Source: an uncultured delta proteobacterium (GTDB lineage: Bacteria; Desulfobacterota; Desulfobacteria; Desulfobacterales; Desulfatirhabdiaceae). Taken from it: a stretch of DNA of 64,000 nt. Positions 10,889-22,157 of the stretch are shown piece after piece (the stretch's first letter is position 1; each line of letters starts with the position of its first letter). The stretch lies in NCBI GenBank assembly GCA_963789395.1, contig CAWBKP010000024.1, positions 320,001 to 384,000 of the forward strand, read 5' to 3'. Position numbers and translations under genes: made by a program. The notes beneath the pieces were generated by a model. That model made no database searches, was not told the DNA's origin, and worked only from the letters and a program-made list of their open reading frames with translations.

Positions 10889-11797
10889 ATGTTCAAACAC
10901 ATTCTGGTTCCCCTGGACGGATCGCTTCTGGCCGAGGCGGCGCTGCCGGCAGCCGCTTTTCTGTCCGGAAAATTTCAAGCAAGCGTCACCCTGGTGCATA
11001 TCATCGAAAAAAACGCCCCGCGTGAAATCCATGGGCAGCCCCACCTGAGAGATGCGGCGGAAGCCGCGGCCTATCTGAAAACGATATCCCGGCAATGGTT
11101 TCCGGAAGGGCTGCGGATTGAATGCCACGTGCATGCCACCGAAGTCGACAATGTCGCGGAAAGCATCGTGCAGCATAGCGGGGAATTTGATTATGACCTG
11201 ATCGTGATGTGCTCGCACGGCCGCGGCAGGGCCCTTCATCTCATCCTGGGAAGCATGGCCCAGAAAGTCATTTCCATGGGATCGATTCCCGTTCTGATCG
11301 CCCGTCCGGGTGAACATGACGAAATTCCGACATTTTCCTGCTCGGCCGTGCTGACGCCGCTCGATGGCGTTCCGGATCATGAACAGGCGTTGCCGGTTGC
11401 AAAAATTCTGGCAAAATCCTGCCAGGCAACCATATGTCTGGCGATGGTCGTTCCCCGGTTTGGAAGCCTGTCGGGTCAGATGACGGTGACAAGCCGGTTT
11501 CTGCCGGGAACGGTGTCCAAAATGCTGGAATTATCCGTTCAGAGCGCCGAAGCCTATCTCAAGTCCCTGGCCGATATGCTGATAAGCGAAGGGTTTGCCG
11601 CAAGCGCCCATGTCCGGCGCGGTGATCCGGCAGACAGCATCGTGGCCATTGCCCGGCAGCTGCAGGCGGACGTTATTGTTCTGGCCACTCACGGAAAATC
11701 GGGGATGGAGGCATTCTGGGCCGGAAGCGTGGCCCATAAAGTATGCAGCCAGTGCCGGATACCGATACTGCTGGTTCCGGTGAAAAACGCCAAATAG
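10889..11797 (+). CDS. Universal stress protein (tandem USP domains)
   Basis: [26 protein letters not shown]; second domain with [17 protein letters not shown]. Confidence 0.92.
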   Translation: MFKHILVPLDGSLLAEAALPAAAFLSGKFQASVTLVHIIEKNAPREIHGQPHLRDAAEAAAYLKTISRQWFPEGLRIECHVHATEVDNVAESIVQHSGEFDYDLIVMCSHGRGRALHLILGSMAQKVISMGSIPVLIARPGEHDEIPTFSCSAVLTPLDGVPDHEQALPVAKILAKSCQATICLAMVVPRFGSLSGQMTVTSRFLPGTVSKMLELSVQSAEAYLKSLADMLISEGFAASAHVRRGDPADSIVAIARQLQADVIVLATHGKSGMEAFWAGSVAHKVCSQCRIPILLVPVKNAK

Positions 11798-11942
11798 GAT
11801 CAATGAAATCATATCCATATTCCGTCCCCTATAGCCCCGGCCGTCGTGATAGAAGGTCGCTTCGTTCAGCCTGGGTGTCTAAACATTGGAGCGGGCCATT
11901 GACAGTGCATTCTGCAAACCTTTGGATTATGACGCGAACCCA

Positions 11943-13079
11943 TTACTTGTAAGCCGAGAAATCTACCCCTCGAGTACGTCCTCTTTCATCAAACCAGTCC
12001 ATCTCGGTAACCGGGGGTGCGGTTACGTCCTCCCGGTCCTTATGCACCAGACTGATGGATTCCGTCGGACAGGTATTGATGCACAGGCCGCAGCCGATGC
12101 ACCTTTCGGCAACGATGCGATATGTGTCTTCGTCTTTTAAAATTGCGTTTACCTGGCAGCGCGAATCCGCACAGGTCCCGCAGGCAATGCATGTCTCGGT
12201 ATCGATCTTGGCATAATAATGGGAATTGATCACCAGTGAAGCCGGGATATCGTAATCATTGATTGCTCTGAGCACGCCGCAACAGCATTTGCAGCAGTTG
12301 CAGATATAATACTGACCGAACTGGACGTTGCCTGTCAAATGAACGAGGCCCTCTTCTTCAGACTTTTTCAACAACAGGTAAGCCTCGTCTTTTGTAATGA
12401 CACGACCGACAGGATATTTGTCAAAAACGCCCGGGACAGGCGCTATCGCCAGGCACACCTGCGTTGACCTGTCACAAGGATGGCCAAGCAGCCCGCGTTC
12501 TTTCTTGCATACACATTCATTTGCCAGAAACGATTGGCCGTTTTCGATTATTGTGGATACTTTTTCATAAGACAGCGCCTCCTGATGAATTGGAATGGAT
12601 TTTTCAATGGCAAGCGTTTGCATCAGCTGCGGCGTATTCGAGAAGAACTGTTTCCCGTAAATCGGGCTATACCCTTCGTTCAGTTCGGCAAACTCCTTGT
12701 CCATATGAGGAAGCTGAAACTCGTAAATGCCGAATACCCAGGGCAGCATTTTAAAGAAACGGATTTTACCCATGGCAATGCTGAAGAGCTGACCTTTTTT
12801 CCCCATCGTCATGAGTTTGTTTTCCAATCCGGCAAGCGGGCGCCCGGTTCTCTGGGCGATCTCTTCGGCTGTCTCAAACGTCAGGCGCAGGTCGCAAAAA
12901 ATTTCCGCCTCTTCCGGCGTGAAGATTTTTTTCAAAATCGTGATTTCAAGTCCGTCATCGGTTGCTGGGAATCCATTCGGCAGGGTATCCAGGACCCTGA
13001 CCAATTTAAAATAGATATCATCGTCCACAAAATTATTTGAAGCTGCTGTCTTGCGGACTTCGGTCCCGTTCTCATTCAT
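11943..13079 (-). CDS. 4Fe-4S dicluster domain oxidoreductase subunit
   Basis: CVCK, ICNCCKCCCG, CIACGTCADSRC, CIGCGLCINTCP; SD GGAGGG before ATG 13079. Confidence 0.85.
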   Translation of the reverse strand: MNENGTEVRKTAASNNFVDDDIYFKLVRVLDTLPNGFPATDDGLEITILKKIFTPEEAEIFCDLRLTFETAEEIAQRTGRPLAGLENKLMTMGKKGQLFSIAMGKIRFFKMLPWVFGIYEFQLPHMDKEFAELNEGYSPIYGKQFFSNTPQLMQTLAIEKSIPIHQEALSYEKVSTIIENGQSFLANECVCKKERGLLGHPCDRSTQVCLAIAPVPGVFDKYPVGRVITKDEAYLLLKKSEEEGLVHLTGNVQFGQYYICNCCKCCCGVLRAINDYDIPASLVINSHYYAKIDTETCIACGTCADSRCQVNAILKDEDTYRIVAERCIGCGLCINTCPTESISLVHKDREDVTAPPVTEMDWFDERGRTRGVDFSAYK

Positions 13080-13353
13080 CAAAAATCCCTCCATATAAAG
13101 ACGCAATTTGGTGATTTCACCGTTTCATTGAAGTGCTCTTTTTAGCAGATTTGCCGGAATATAAAAGCAAAAACTTGCCGATAATATTATCCTTAAATTA
13201 TAAGACAATGGTGACCGGAGAAAAGAAATGTGTTATAGGGTATTTAAAATAACACATAAGACATTTCGATGTCGATCCGCAGGAAGCATCGGGATGAACC
13301 GGCAAGGCTTTTGTGACGGCTCCCCAAATGAAAGTCCACAATAAATGTGACTT

Positions 13354-15204
13354 ATGACTGCTCAGAATCTATCAGATAATATCCGTAAAGTGCATACCGG
13401 AGCGATTTCCGACGTCGCAGACGCCGAACAGCCGGCAATGAAAATTCCCAACCGGTATGCAATTCGGGAAACTGGTTCGGAGAAGTATATTTCCAGCATT
13501 GAGGCCCCGAATATAGCCGTTTATATTAAATCCGGTCTGTCCATTCCCGCTGCTGCAGTCGCCAAGGCCGCACCTGGGACCATTTATCTGGATGGGGTTG
13601 CTCAAAACGGTCCGCTTCTCGACCATGCCAGGCAGGTTTACAATTTCGATCACCATGAAGGCTGTGTGCGTCTGTTTACGCTTTCAACCTGTGAACAGGT
13701 TCTGCTGGTGATTAAAAAAGGGCTTGATCTGTGCAGCCGGGACTGGAAGGTTTATGCCAATGATCCCGATCTGGATACGATTCTTGCCGTTTGGCTGCTG
13801 TTGAATCATATGCGTATCCACGAACGGGAATCCATCCGTGAAAATATTCTGTTTCCCCTGGTTCGTCTCCAAGGCATCATCGATTCATTGGGGCTGGAAA
13901 TGAAAATCCCTGGCTGCTTTTCCGCCTGAATATCTGAATCAGATCCAGAAAATCATCGATCATCTGCGCCGGAAAGAGCTTCAGATCAAGAAGGACGGCC
14001 TGTGGGAACAGACCGATTTTTTGGAGTATGCCGCCGCCGTTTTGTGCGAAATCGATCAAATTGTATATGAATCCCAAAAAATGGGGAAATCACTGGGGAT
14101 CGAGGAACTTGCCCGCGTCAATCTTCCGGAGAGCCGGGTTGCGGTGGTGCTGCAATCCGATATGGGCATTTATGAAATCGAATCCCAGCTTAAAAAAATT
14201 TACGGCGGCAATATCGGCCTTGCGATTCTGAGAAAATCCCAGACAACATATACAGTCCGTCAGGTAGATCCCTTTTTGAAGAGACTCTGGAGGATGTTTA
14301 TGAAAAACTGAATTTTATGGACCCTGCTGTCAAATATCGGAACTTGAATAATAAATGGGGAGGGTCAACCGATATCGGCGGCTCCCCGCGTGAAAGCGGC
14401 ACGCGGCTGACACCGGAAGAAATCGCCAGGGCCGTCCGGGAAACTTTTATTGGACAATCCTTTTTTCAGCGCATACTCCAGTTTGCTTTCATGGCTGCAT
14501 CCTGCCTGGTGATTTTCGCAGCTGCAAATTTTGCGGCGGCTTATTGGGATCCGGGCAAATGGTTTGCAGGCCCCGGCTTGGATGCGATCGTTTCCGATCC
14601 GAATTTTGGATTTGTGATCGTGATGCTGCTGATGACGACTCTCATACTGGTGGGTGTGTCCGGCCGAAGGCTATGGCAATTCGGTATGATTTCACCCATG
14701 GGGAAAAAATGGTGGGTTTTTTTGCCGGTTACGATTCTGGCCGGATTCGCCGGCGGCGCCTGGGTACCGGCCGGGTTATCCACTTTGCCGGCGGTTGCCG
14801 GTACGCGAATGCTGTTGATCTGCATTCTGTTGCCGTTCGCATCTGAATACCTTTTCAGGGGCGTTCTTCATGGTGTCCTTGCCCAACGATCCAGAATACA
14901 GAGCAGCGTCAGCGAATATTTCGTTTCCTGGCCCAATCTGGGAACTTCAATCCTGTACAGCTTTTTTATGGTTTTTTTTCCGGTATTCCAGAACGGGATA
15001 ACTTCCCTGATCATCAATTTTAAATTGGGCTGGACCTGTTTTATCGCTTTTATTTTCGCGATTTCTCTGGGATTTGTCCGGGAACGCTCCCACAGTTTTT
15101 TTGCATCTTATCTGTTTCACCTGGTTTCGGTGATATTAATCGCATTTATGCCCGCAATTCTGATGTACGCGGGCCGGGTCCTTGCCGTCATATGGGGCCA
15201 TTGA
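13354..15204 (+). CDS. DHH-like soluble domain fused to C-terminal CPBP (CAAX/Abi) intramembrane protease-like domain (2 frameshifts, ~13905 and ~14280)
   Basis: ORFs 13354-13929, 14021-14311 and 14317-15204. IYLDG, NFDHHEG, ANDPDLDT, WGGS..IGGSPR; TM region with SEYLFRG and RERSHS...LFH. Confidence 0.6.
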
Positions 15205-15235
15205 CCCTGTTTACGTAAATGCTGCTGCCGATTCT

Positions 15236-15988
15236 TTATATCACCCCGGCGTCGGATTTTTTTATCCATCCGATCTTGCCTTCTGAAAAGGCGATCCGGA
15301 TATAATCGTCTCTTTCTTTATCGATTTTTACCTTTGTTCCGGCGTGAAGGACAAAGAGCTCCGTTGCATCATCCGTCAGTCCGGAACGGATCGATACCTT
15401 GTCCGGCAGAATGACGGCTTCCTTGTTAAAAGCGGATTCATTATTGTTGTAAACGGCCGTCAGGGTAAAGAGGAGTGACAAGGCCAGCACTACGTGGCCC
15501 GGCGTTTGGAAACGTTTGTTTCTTCGGATCATTCTAACCGTCAAAAGTACCCAGTAAATCAGGTTGAAAATGATCGCAGCCCATTGAATCCAAGTCTGCG
15601 GTACAAGATATTTCCAGAAAAACAAAATCCGGACAAGGGGGAGTTCCTTATCCCCTTTTTCATCCTTGGTGAGGGACTGCGCGTATTCGTAGTTGAATTT
15701 AAGATCCGGATCATGGGGCAGGAGCTTCATTGCCCGTTCGTACCATAAAATAGCATTGCCGATATTCCCGTTTTTCAGATAGGCGTTTCCGGTATCATAA
15801 AAAAGCTTTCCGTTATTAATCCCTTTATCCGCAATGCTTGAAAAAGCAGCGGCTGCTTCGGCAAACCGGCCTTCTTTGTAATCCTTGATGCCGTCCAGAA
15901 ATGTCCGGGCGGTTTCGCCGGCGCCGGTAATCCGGGCAGAGCAAAAAAGCATCAGGATAACCAGGAGAATGCGTTTGAATCCTTTCAT
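15236..15988 (-). CDS. batE: BatE-like TPR + SH3 membrane protein
   Basis: Signal peptide, TPR (FYDTGNAYLK..AILWYERA..DLKFN), TM helices, LHAGTKV..GWIK. Confidence 0.8.
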   Translation of the reverse strand: MKGFKRILLVILMLFCSARITGAGETARTFLDGIKDYKEGRFAEAAAAFSSIADKGINNGKLFYDTGNAYLKNGNIGNAILWYERAMKLLPHDPDLKFNYEYAQSLTKDEKGDKELPLVRILFFWKYLVPQTWIQWAAIIFNLIYWVLLTVRMIRRNKRFQTPGHVVLALSLLFTLTAVYNNNESAFNKEAVILPDKVSIRSGLTDDATELFVLHAGTKVKIDKERDDYIRIAFSEGKIGWIKKSDAGVI

Positions 15989-17825
15989 CGCGATATCTTC
16001 CTTACCAGGTCACGGGTTTCCGAAAGAAGGGTTTCCCGGCTGCTCGAATCCATTTCCTGGCCGCTGAATCTGGCTGAATCAATTCCGGCGAGCAACCGGA
16101 TGGCTGACTCGGCGTTCTCGTCCGAAACTCCGTTTGACTTTAAAATATTCTCGGCTTCGGCATAGGTCAGGGATTCGCCCCGGATTCCGGCCCTGGATAA
16201 GATGATGGAAATCAGAGACCGGGACAGACAGGTTAAAAACGCTTCCGCAGAAACATCGGGTTTACAGGCGTCCTTCAGTGCCTGATCCGCGCGCTGCGCC
16301 ATCAGGCTGGACGGATCGTTATTTTTTGTTGTGACCGTCAGATAGGCTTTAACCCCAAGATAAAGAAGCGCCGGCGCCAGAAGAAACGCCCAGAACCAGG
16401 CCGGCGACAGGGTCTGTTGCGGTTCCAGCGCACTCATATCCTCTTTCAGGGCGAGAATATCCCGGCCAGTGAATTCCACGTTCTTTTTCAGGTGATTGCT
16501 CTCGGAGGCAGGCGGGGAATAAACATCAGCTTTGATCTTTTCATTGGATGGCTGGACAGTGATGGAAAGCGGTGCGGTCTTCCGGGTTTGATATTGGCCG
16601 CTTGACACATCAAAATAAATCAATGCGATAGGCTCCAGAGTATATTGACCCTCTTTTAACGGAACCAGCGCCGTGCGAAACACTTTTTTACCGCTGTATC
16701 CGTTCACGGCAACCTGTATGGTCTCCTGGGGGGCATCCTTGTAACTTTTGAATGCGTCCGGAATAACTATCTCCGGGGCTGCCGCATCCATAATGTTGCC
16801 GGTCCGCTGACGGTTACGGACAAGGTGGCGGATTCGCCCACGTTCAGTGAGGATTTGTCAATTTCCGATTGAACCTGAAACGTGCCCACAAGTCCGGAAA
16901 ATTGCCCTTTACCCTCAAAGGGAGGCAGGGGTTTGACCGTAACGGTTACCGGTTCCGTCCGGATAACCCTGCGCTCCATTCTTCCCTGTCCGAAAAACGG
17001 ATCATCCAGCATGCCGAAGGGGCTTTTTCGCGGGTTTTGACGCAGGACTAGATCACATTCCAGGATGGCCGGATCAATCGTTTTGGGGCCGGCGCCAACA
17101 GGAACCAGCAGGATGGATAGCTCGGTGACATTGTATTCACGTCCGTTCAAGACGGTTCTGTGGGTTTTCTGGCTTTTTTCGACCTCCTTTGCCGTAAAAC
17201 CTGAAAATTCGGGTTTCTGAAATCGGGCATTGGCGATCTGAATCGCATGGTACAGCTCGAAAGTATAGACAATCGGCTCTCCTTCATAAGGACTTGCATT
17301 GGAGACCTTTCCCTCTGCAAATACATCTTCGCTGCCGGTTTTCACCCCTGTCTGCGGGCTGACGGTAATGACAATTTCCGTGGTTTTCAGGGTGGCGGTG
17401 TCTGTCTTCACGGTCAGGGGGGGGATCACAAGCCGCCCTTCTTTTAGTGGAATCAGCGTGTACGTATGATTCACTTCTTTGGACATCTTGCCGTTGACGA
17501 TCTGAACACTGGTGCTCGTGCCGCCGGACATCATCCTGAAATCCCGAATGGGCGAAATGTCCACCGTCCCCTCTGCACCTTTAACCGTAATCGTAAGTTC
17601 AATGGATTCACCGGGACCGATGCGGGTATTATCCACAACCGCCTCGACCTCCGCGGCATGAACAGAGACATACAGGTTTAACAGGGCAATAACAATCAGA
17701 AATATCCTGCAGAACCGGTGTCCGGGTTTTAAGCCGAAAGCCTGTAGCAGAAGACTGCAGGCCGAAGAGACTTTCGTCCCCATTGCCGGTGTTTCAATAT
17801 CTCGATGGTTTTTTCGGTCACACAT
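15985..17825 (-). CDS. batD: BatD family protein (frameshift ~16800)
   Basis: ORFs 16767-17900 and 15985-16791; Ig-like repeats, VKPLP..FSGLVGTF, C-terminal TM. Start codon uncertain. Confidence 0.82.
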
Positions 17826-17868
17826 GATTAATTCCTGAAAGCTTTCTTTCTGTCTGCCTTGGTATCCA

Positions 17869-19728
17869 TTACCAGTCTTTCTCCACAGCGGTTTTTCCAT
17901 AAGCGGGAATCATTGCTTTACCTGGCTGATCCTTCAGACGGTTCAGGATTTGATCCGATTTATTTTTTGCTTCGGCATTTTCATGATCACCGGCAGGGGC
18001 AGATGGTAAAGGGCCCTGTTCTTTCTTGCCTTCAGCTTTTGGCTGATCCGCTTCTTTTCCAGCCATATTTTTCTGATCCTCCGGGGCTTTATCGTTTTTA
18101 TCAGTCATCTCTTTCCCGAAATCCGGTGAGGGCTTGTCTTTTTCGTCATTCTTTTCATCCTGCCTGGACTGCTCTCCCGGATCTTTGGGGGATTTTTCTT
18201 GCTGATCCGGGGTCTTCTCCGGCTCCTGTCCGTCTTTGGACGGATCTTTCGATTCGGAACCTTCTTTCTTATCGCCCTTATCGCTCTTGTCGCCTTGTTG
18301 CTGCGGATTTTTCTGCTCTTTATCCTGCTCCATGACCTTTTTGACAAATTCCAGATTCTGCTTTGCCTGGATATCGTCCGGATTGAGTTTCAGGGCGTCC
18401 TCATAATTTTTAACAGCGTCTTCGTATTGCTTTTTTCGAAAATCGGCATTTCCAAGATTATAATGGGCTTTTTGTTGAAGCAGTTTATTCTCGGCTTTGA
18501 GGGCTTCTTTGTAATTCTTTGCGGCTGCTTCGAAATTTCCCGTATGGTAATAGGCATTTCCGATGTTGTATAAAATATCCGCTCTGTCCGGATGTTCAAG
18601 CTGGGCATCGATAAAAAGCTTCAGCGCCTTGTCATACGCTCCCTGGTTATATGCTTCAATGCCTTCCTTCAAGGGATCAGCGGCATGAACCGGCACGCAC
18701 CACAATATAAGAAACATCATCCCCAGTAAGGTCTGCATTTTTCTGACAGAAGGAATAAACAGTTCGACTGCAAGGGCAAAGATGGCAAGGGCGAGAAACC
18801 ATTGAAAGCGGTCTTCCCAGATTTGTTTTTTATCCGTGGAAAGGGTGGATGCCTCCATTTTCCCGCGGATTTCATGAGTATAAATCATGTCCAGATCCAT
18901 GCTGCCGGCAACGGATTGCGCGTAGGCCCCGCCCGTGAGAACGGCCATTTTTTTCAACGTTTCCGCATCGATTCGGGTCATGATGATGTTGCCGGACCTG
19001 TCTTTTTTAATTCCCCCGGTCTCTGTGGGAATGGGAACACCTTCATCGCTTCCCACACCGATGCAAAACAGCTTTATGCCGTCCTTGCGGGCGTTTTCCG
19101 CAGCCTCTACAGGATCGATCTTGCCGGTGTTCTCCCCGTCTGTTATCAGAATGATGGCTTTCTGGGAAGTTGTTTTCAGGTCAAAGGCGGAAAGGCATAC
19201 CGTGATTGCACCGGAAATGTCCGTGCCGCCGACCGGCATGGAATCGGGTGTCAGTGAATTCAAAAAAATATGGAAAGCCTCATAATCCAATGTCAGCGGA
19301 CACTGGAGGAATGCGGTTCCGGCAAAGGCGACCAGACCGATTCTGTCACCCTTCAACATACCCAGCAGATCGTAAATCTCCCGCTTGGCCCGGTCGAGTC
19401 GGGTGGGTTGAATGTCCGTAGCAAGCATGCTTCGGGAAAGATCGATGGCAATGATGATATCGACGCCTTTTTGCTCGATGGTCTGCCATTTGTAACCGTA
19501 CTGGGGGCCGGACAGTGCGATGCAGAGAAACAAGAGAGAGCATAAGGCAAGCCAGACCTTGGTCCATCGGCGCCCGGAGCCTGCGTCCGGAGCAATGACG
19601 CCGAGGCTCCGGGCTGAGGCAAACCGGGACAGAATGCGTTGACGGGTCTTCATCCCGTAGACAACGACCAGAAATAAAACCGGGATTGCCCAGATGAGAA
19701 ACAACATTTCAATTTGATTGAATTTCAT
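17869..19728 (-). CDS. batB: BatB-like VWA domain fused to BatC-like TPR and Q/K/D/E-rich tail
   Basis: MIDAS DLSRSM, TRLDRAK, ITDGE; TPRs YNIGNAYY and YNLGNADF; ends VEKDW. Confidence 0.85.
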   Translation of the reverse strand: MKFNQIEMLFLIWAIPVLFLVVVYGMKTRQRILSRFASARSLGVIAPDAGSGRRWTKVWLALCSLLFLCIALSGPQYGYKWQTIEQKGVDIIIAIDLSRSMLATDIQPTRLDRAKREIYDLLGMLKGDRIGLVAFAGTAFLQCPLTLDYEAFHIFLNSLTPDSMPVGGTDISGAITVCLSAFDLKTTSQKAIILITDGENTGKIDPVEAAENARKDGIKLFCIGVGSDEGVPIPTETGGIKKDRSGNIIMTRIDAETLKKMAVLTGGAYAQSVAGSMDLDMIYTHEIRGKMEASTLSTDKKQIWEDRFQWFLALAIFALAVELFIPSVRKMQTLLGMMFLILWCVPVHAADPLKEGIEAYNQGAYDKALKLFIDAQLEHPDRADILYNIGNAYYHTGNFEAAAKNYKEALKAENKLLQQKAHYNLGNADFRKKQYEDAVKNYEDALKLNPDDIQAKQNLEFVKKVMEQDKEQKNPQQQGDKSDKGDKKEGSESKDPSKDGQEPEKTPDQQEKSPKDPGEQSRQDEKNDEKDKPSPDFGKEMTDKNDKAPEDQKNMAGKEADQPKAEGKKEQGPLPSAPAGDHENAEAKNKSDQILNRLKDQPGKAMIPAYGKTAVEKDW

Positions 19729-20723
19729 GGTACACGCATAAATCGGGTATGGGTCAAAACAATCCATGTCCCCAGAAGGATAAAGGCAGGGATTAAAAAA
19801 TACCGGTAAAGCTCGTTGTATTCCGCAAAAGTCTTGATCTTTACTTCGGTTTTTTCCAGAGTATCGATGGTGTTGTATATCTGCTGCAGTCCTTCTGTAT
19901 TTTCCGCCTTGAAATACATGCCTCCGGTTTTCGTCGCAATTTCTTTAAGCGTGTCTTCATCAATATCCACCTGCTGATGGATATATCGTTCTCCGAAAAC
20001 AGGGTCCTTTATCAAAAACGGCACCAGGCCGCGGGTCCCCACGCCCACGGTATAGATTTTAATTCCTTTTTGGGCAGCCAGTTCAGTTGCAATCAGCGGG
20101 GACAGCTCGCCGGAATTGCTTTGCCCGTCTGTCAGCAGAATAATGACATTGGATTTGCTTTTAACATCCTCCAGCCGTTTCAGGGAAATACCGATGGCAT
20201 CTCCGATTGCCGTGTTCGGGCCGGCAGCGCCAATTTGAAGCCGCTCCAGAATGGTTGCAATGGTGTTGTAGTCCCGGGTGAGGGGCAACTGGGTATAGGC
20301 ATGGGACCCGAACACCACCATGGCGATCCGGTCGCCGTTTCGTTTGGATATAAAGTCCTGAACCACGTTTTTAACGGCTTCCAGACGGTTGACGATTTTT
20401 CCTTTATGCTTGAAATCTAAAGCTGCCATGCTTTCGGAAAGATCCACAGCAAGAATGATATTGATGCCCTCTGTTAAAACATTGACCTGTCTGGTGCCCC
20501 ACTGGGGTCTTGCCATGCCCAGAATCATCAGGCACAGGGCCGTATATTTCACTACGGGCAGGAGCCTTGCGATCCGCAGCATGCCGGATGGTTGAATGTC
20601 CCGGATCGGCATCAGGGATGGCAGGTTTAAAACCGGACGCATCTGCCGGCGTTTCCGGAAATAGATTGCCGCCGGAATCAGGAGCGTCAGTAACAAGAAG
20701 TAGGGGGATGCAAATAGAAACAT
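19725..20723 (-). CDS. batA: BatA-like VWA domain membrane protein
   Basis: ARPQ, DLSESM, TAIGDAIG, LLTDGQSN, IYTVGVG. Confidence 0.88.
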   Translation of the reverse strand: MFLFASPYFLLLTLLIPAAIYFRKRRQMRPVLNLPSLMPIRDIQPSGMLRIARLLPVVKYTALCLMILGMARPQWGTRQVNVLTEGINIILAVDLSESMAALDFKHKGKIVNRLEAVKNVVQDFISKRNGDRIAMVVFGSHAYTQLPLTRDYNTIATILERLQIGAAGPNTAIGDAIGISLKRLEDVKSKSNVIILLTDGQSNSGELSPLIATELAAQKGIKIYTVGVGTRGLVPFLIKDPVFGERYIHQQVDIDEDTLKEIATKTGGMYFKAENTEGLQQIYNTIDTLEKTEVKIKTFAEYNELYRYFLIPAFILLGTWIVLTHTRFMRVP

Positions 20724-20724
20724 T

Positions 20725-21255
20725 TTAGCCTTCAGCCTGCGTTTCAGCAGTCTGCTCAACAAATTTTCTGATAAAATACAGGTGCTCCCGCATTTTGCTC
20801 ACAGCAGCCGGAGCCCCGGCGAATTTGACCGGATCGGTTGAGCGGATCAGTGCTTTCAACGCCTGCTGCATTTCTTTGCTGATGCCCAGAAGGTCAATCT
20901 TCGGCAGCAGTTCCTCTGTGGTCATTTCCAGGGCGTTGATGCGGAAACGGGCTTCAATATAGGTTCTCAGGATGTTGGAAAGGCAGAAATAAAACGCTTT
21001 GCCATCCATGTTTTCCACATCAGCTAACGCATCCAGGGATCCAAGCGCCGCTTCATGGGGGAGAACCGGAGTTTCCACCGAAGACAGTTTGCGAGTCCGA
21101 CTTTTTTTAAAATAATATATGATGGCTCCGATAACGGCCAGAATTAGGACAGCACCCAGTATATAATATATCCAAGACCAGTCGGCCGCCAATACTTCCA
21201 GGGGCTTGATATCGTGGATATCGGTCATCGGAACAGGGTCGTTTGTCGCAGGCAT
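20725..21255 (-). CDS. Bat-operon single-TM protein (DUF4381-like)
   Basis: DIHDIKP, TM helix, LRTYIE.RF..ALEMTTEE, VKFA. Confidence 0.75.
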   Translation of the reverse strand: MPATNDPVPMTDIHDIKPLEVLAADWSWIYYILGAVLILAVIGAIIYYFKKSRTRKLSSVETPVLPHEAALGSLDALADVENMDGKAFYFCLSNILRTYIEARFRINALEMTTEELLPKIDLLGISKEMQQALKALIRSTDPVKFAGAPAAVSKMREHLYFIRKFVEQTAETQAEG

Positions 21256-22145
21256 TACCGTTTCCTTTTCTCCCGGATTCGAAAATAGCGATTCAGTGCA
21301 TCCACCACAGAACCTGCGGTATGGATTTCAATACAGTCCGTATCGGCAGTTTTCAGGGATTGCAGGGTATGGGTGTAATCTCGGGTCTTTTGTTCATGGT
21401 AACTGCGGCGGGTGGATGCGTCCGATGCGTCAAGAATAAGCAGTTGACCGGTCTCTGAATCCCGAACCGTCAGAATTCCCGCTTCCGGTAGATGGAACTC
21501 TCCGGGGTCCGAAAGCATCACGGCAATCAGTTCATGCTTTCGGGATATGGATTTCATCCGGTGAATATAGGAAGGAGGCGGCTCCTGTGAAATAAAATCG
21601 GATATGAGAAAGGAAATCGTTCGTTTACGGGATACCCGCCCCAGAAACGCTACTGCCTCACGTATGTCTGTTCCATTGTGTGCCGGTTCAAAGGCGAACA
21701 GCTCTTTTATTACCCGCCAGACATGTGCCGAGCCTTTCTTCGGGGGAATGTATTTTTCCACCCGGTCCGTAAACAGAATGGCCCCGACCTTGTCATTGTT
21801 CCGGATGGCGTTAAAGGCCAGGATCGAAGCAATTTCCGCTGCGGTTTCCTTTTTAAGGTTATCGGTGGTTCCAAAGCCTTCCGAGCCGCTCATGTCCACA
21901 AGAAGCATGACTACAAGTTCCCGCTCTTCTCGGTACAGCTTGACATAAGGTCTTCCCATGCGGGCTGAGACTTTCCAGTCGATGCTTTTAACATCATCGC
22001 CCGGTGAATATTCACGTACTTCTTCAAACTCGATTCCCGAGCCGCGGAATACGGATCGATACTGGCCGGCCATCATCGTGTTGACCATGCGGGCGCTTCG
22101 GATGTGTACTTTTTTGATTTTTTTTATGATTTCAGGTGAAAGCAT
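21255..22145 (-). CDS. DUF58 domain protein
   Basis: SVFRGSGIEFEEVREYSPGDDVKSIDWKVSAR; FLISDF. Confidence 0.92.
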   Translation of the reverse strand: MLSPEIIKKIKKVHIRSARMVNTMMAGQYRSVFRGSGIEFEEVREYSPGDDVKSIDWKVSARMGRPYVKLYREERELVVMLLVDMSGSEGFGTTDNLKKETAAEIASILAFNAIRNNDKVGAILFTDRVEKYIPPKKGSAHVWRVIKELFAFEPAHNGTDIREAVAFLGRVSRKRTISFLISDFISQEPPPSYIHRMKSISRKHELIAVMLSDPGEFHLPEAGILTVRDSETGQLLILDASDASTRRSYHEQKTRDYTHTLQSLKTADTDCIEIHTAGSVVDALNRYFRIREKRKR

Positions 22146-22157
22146 CTGTTGTTCCCA

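Noticed and set aside
17960..18330. Low-complexity pyrimidine-rich stretch
   Set aside because: Encodes the usual Q/K/D/E-rich linker of BatB/C on the minus strand.
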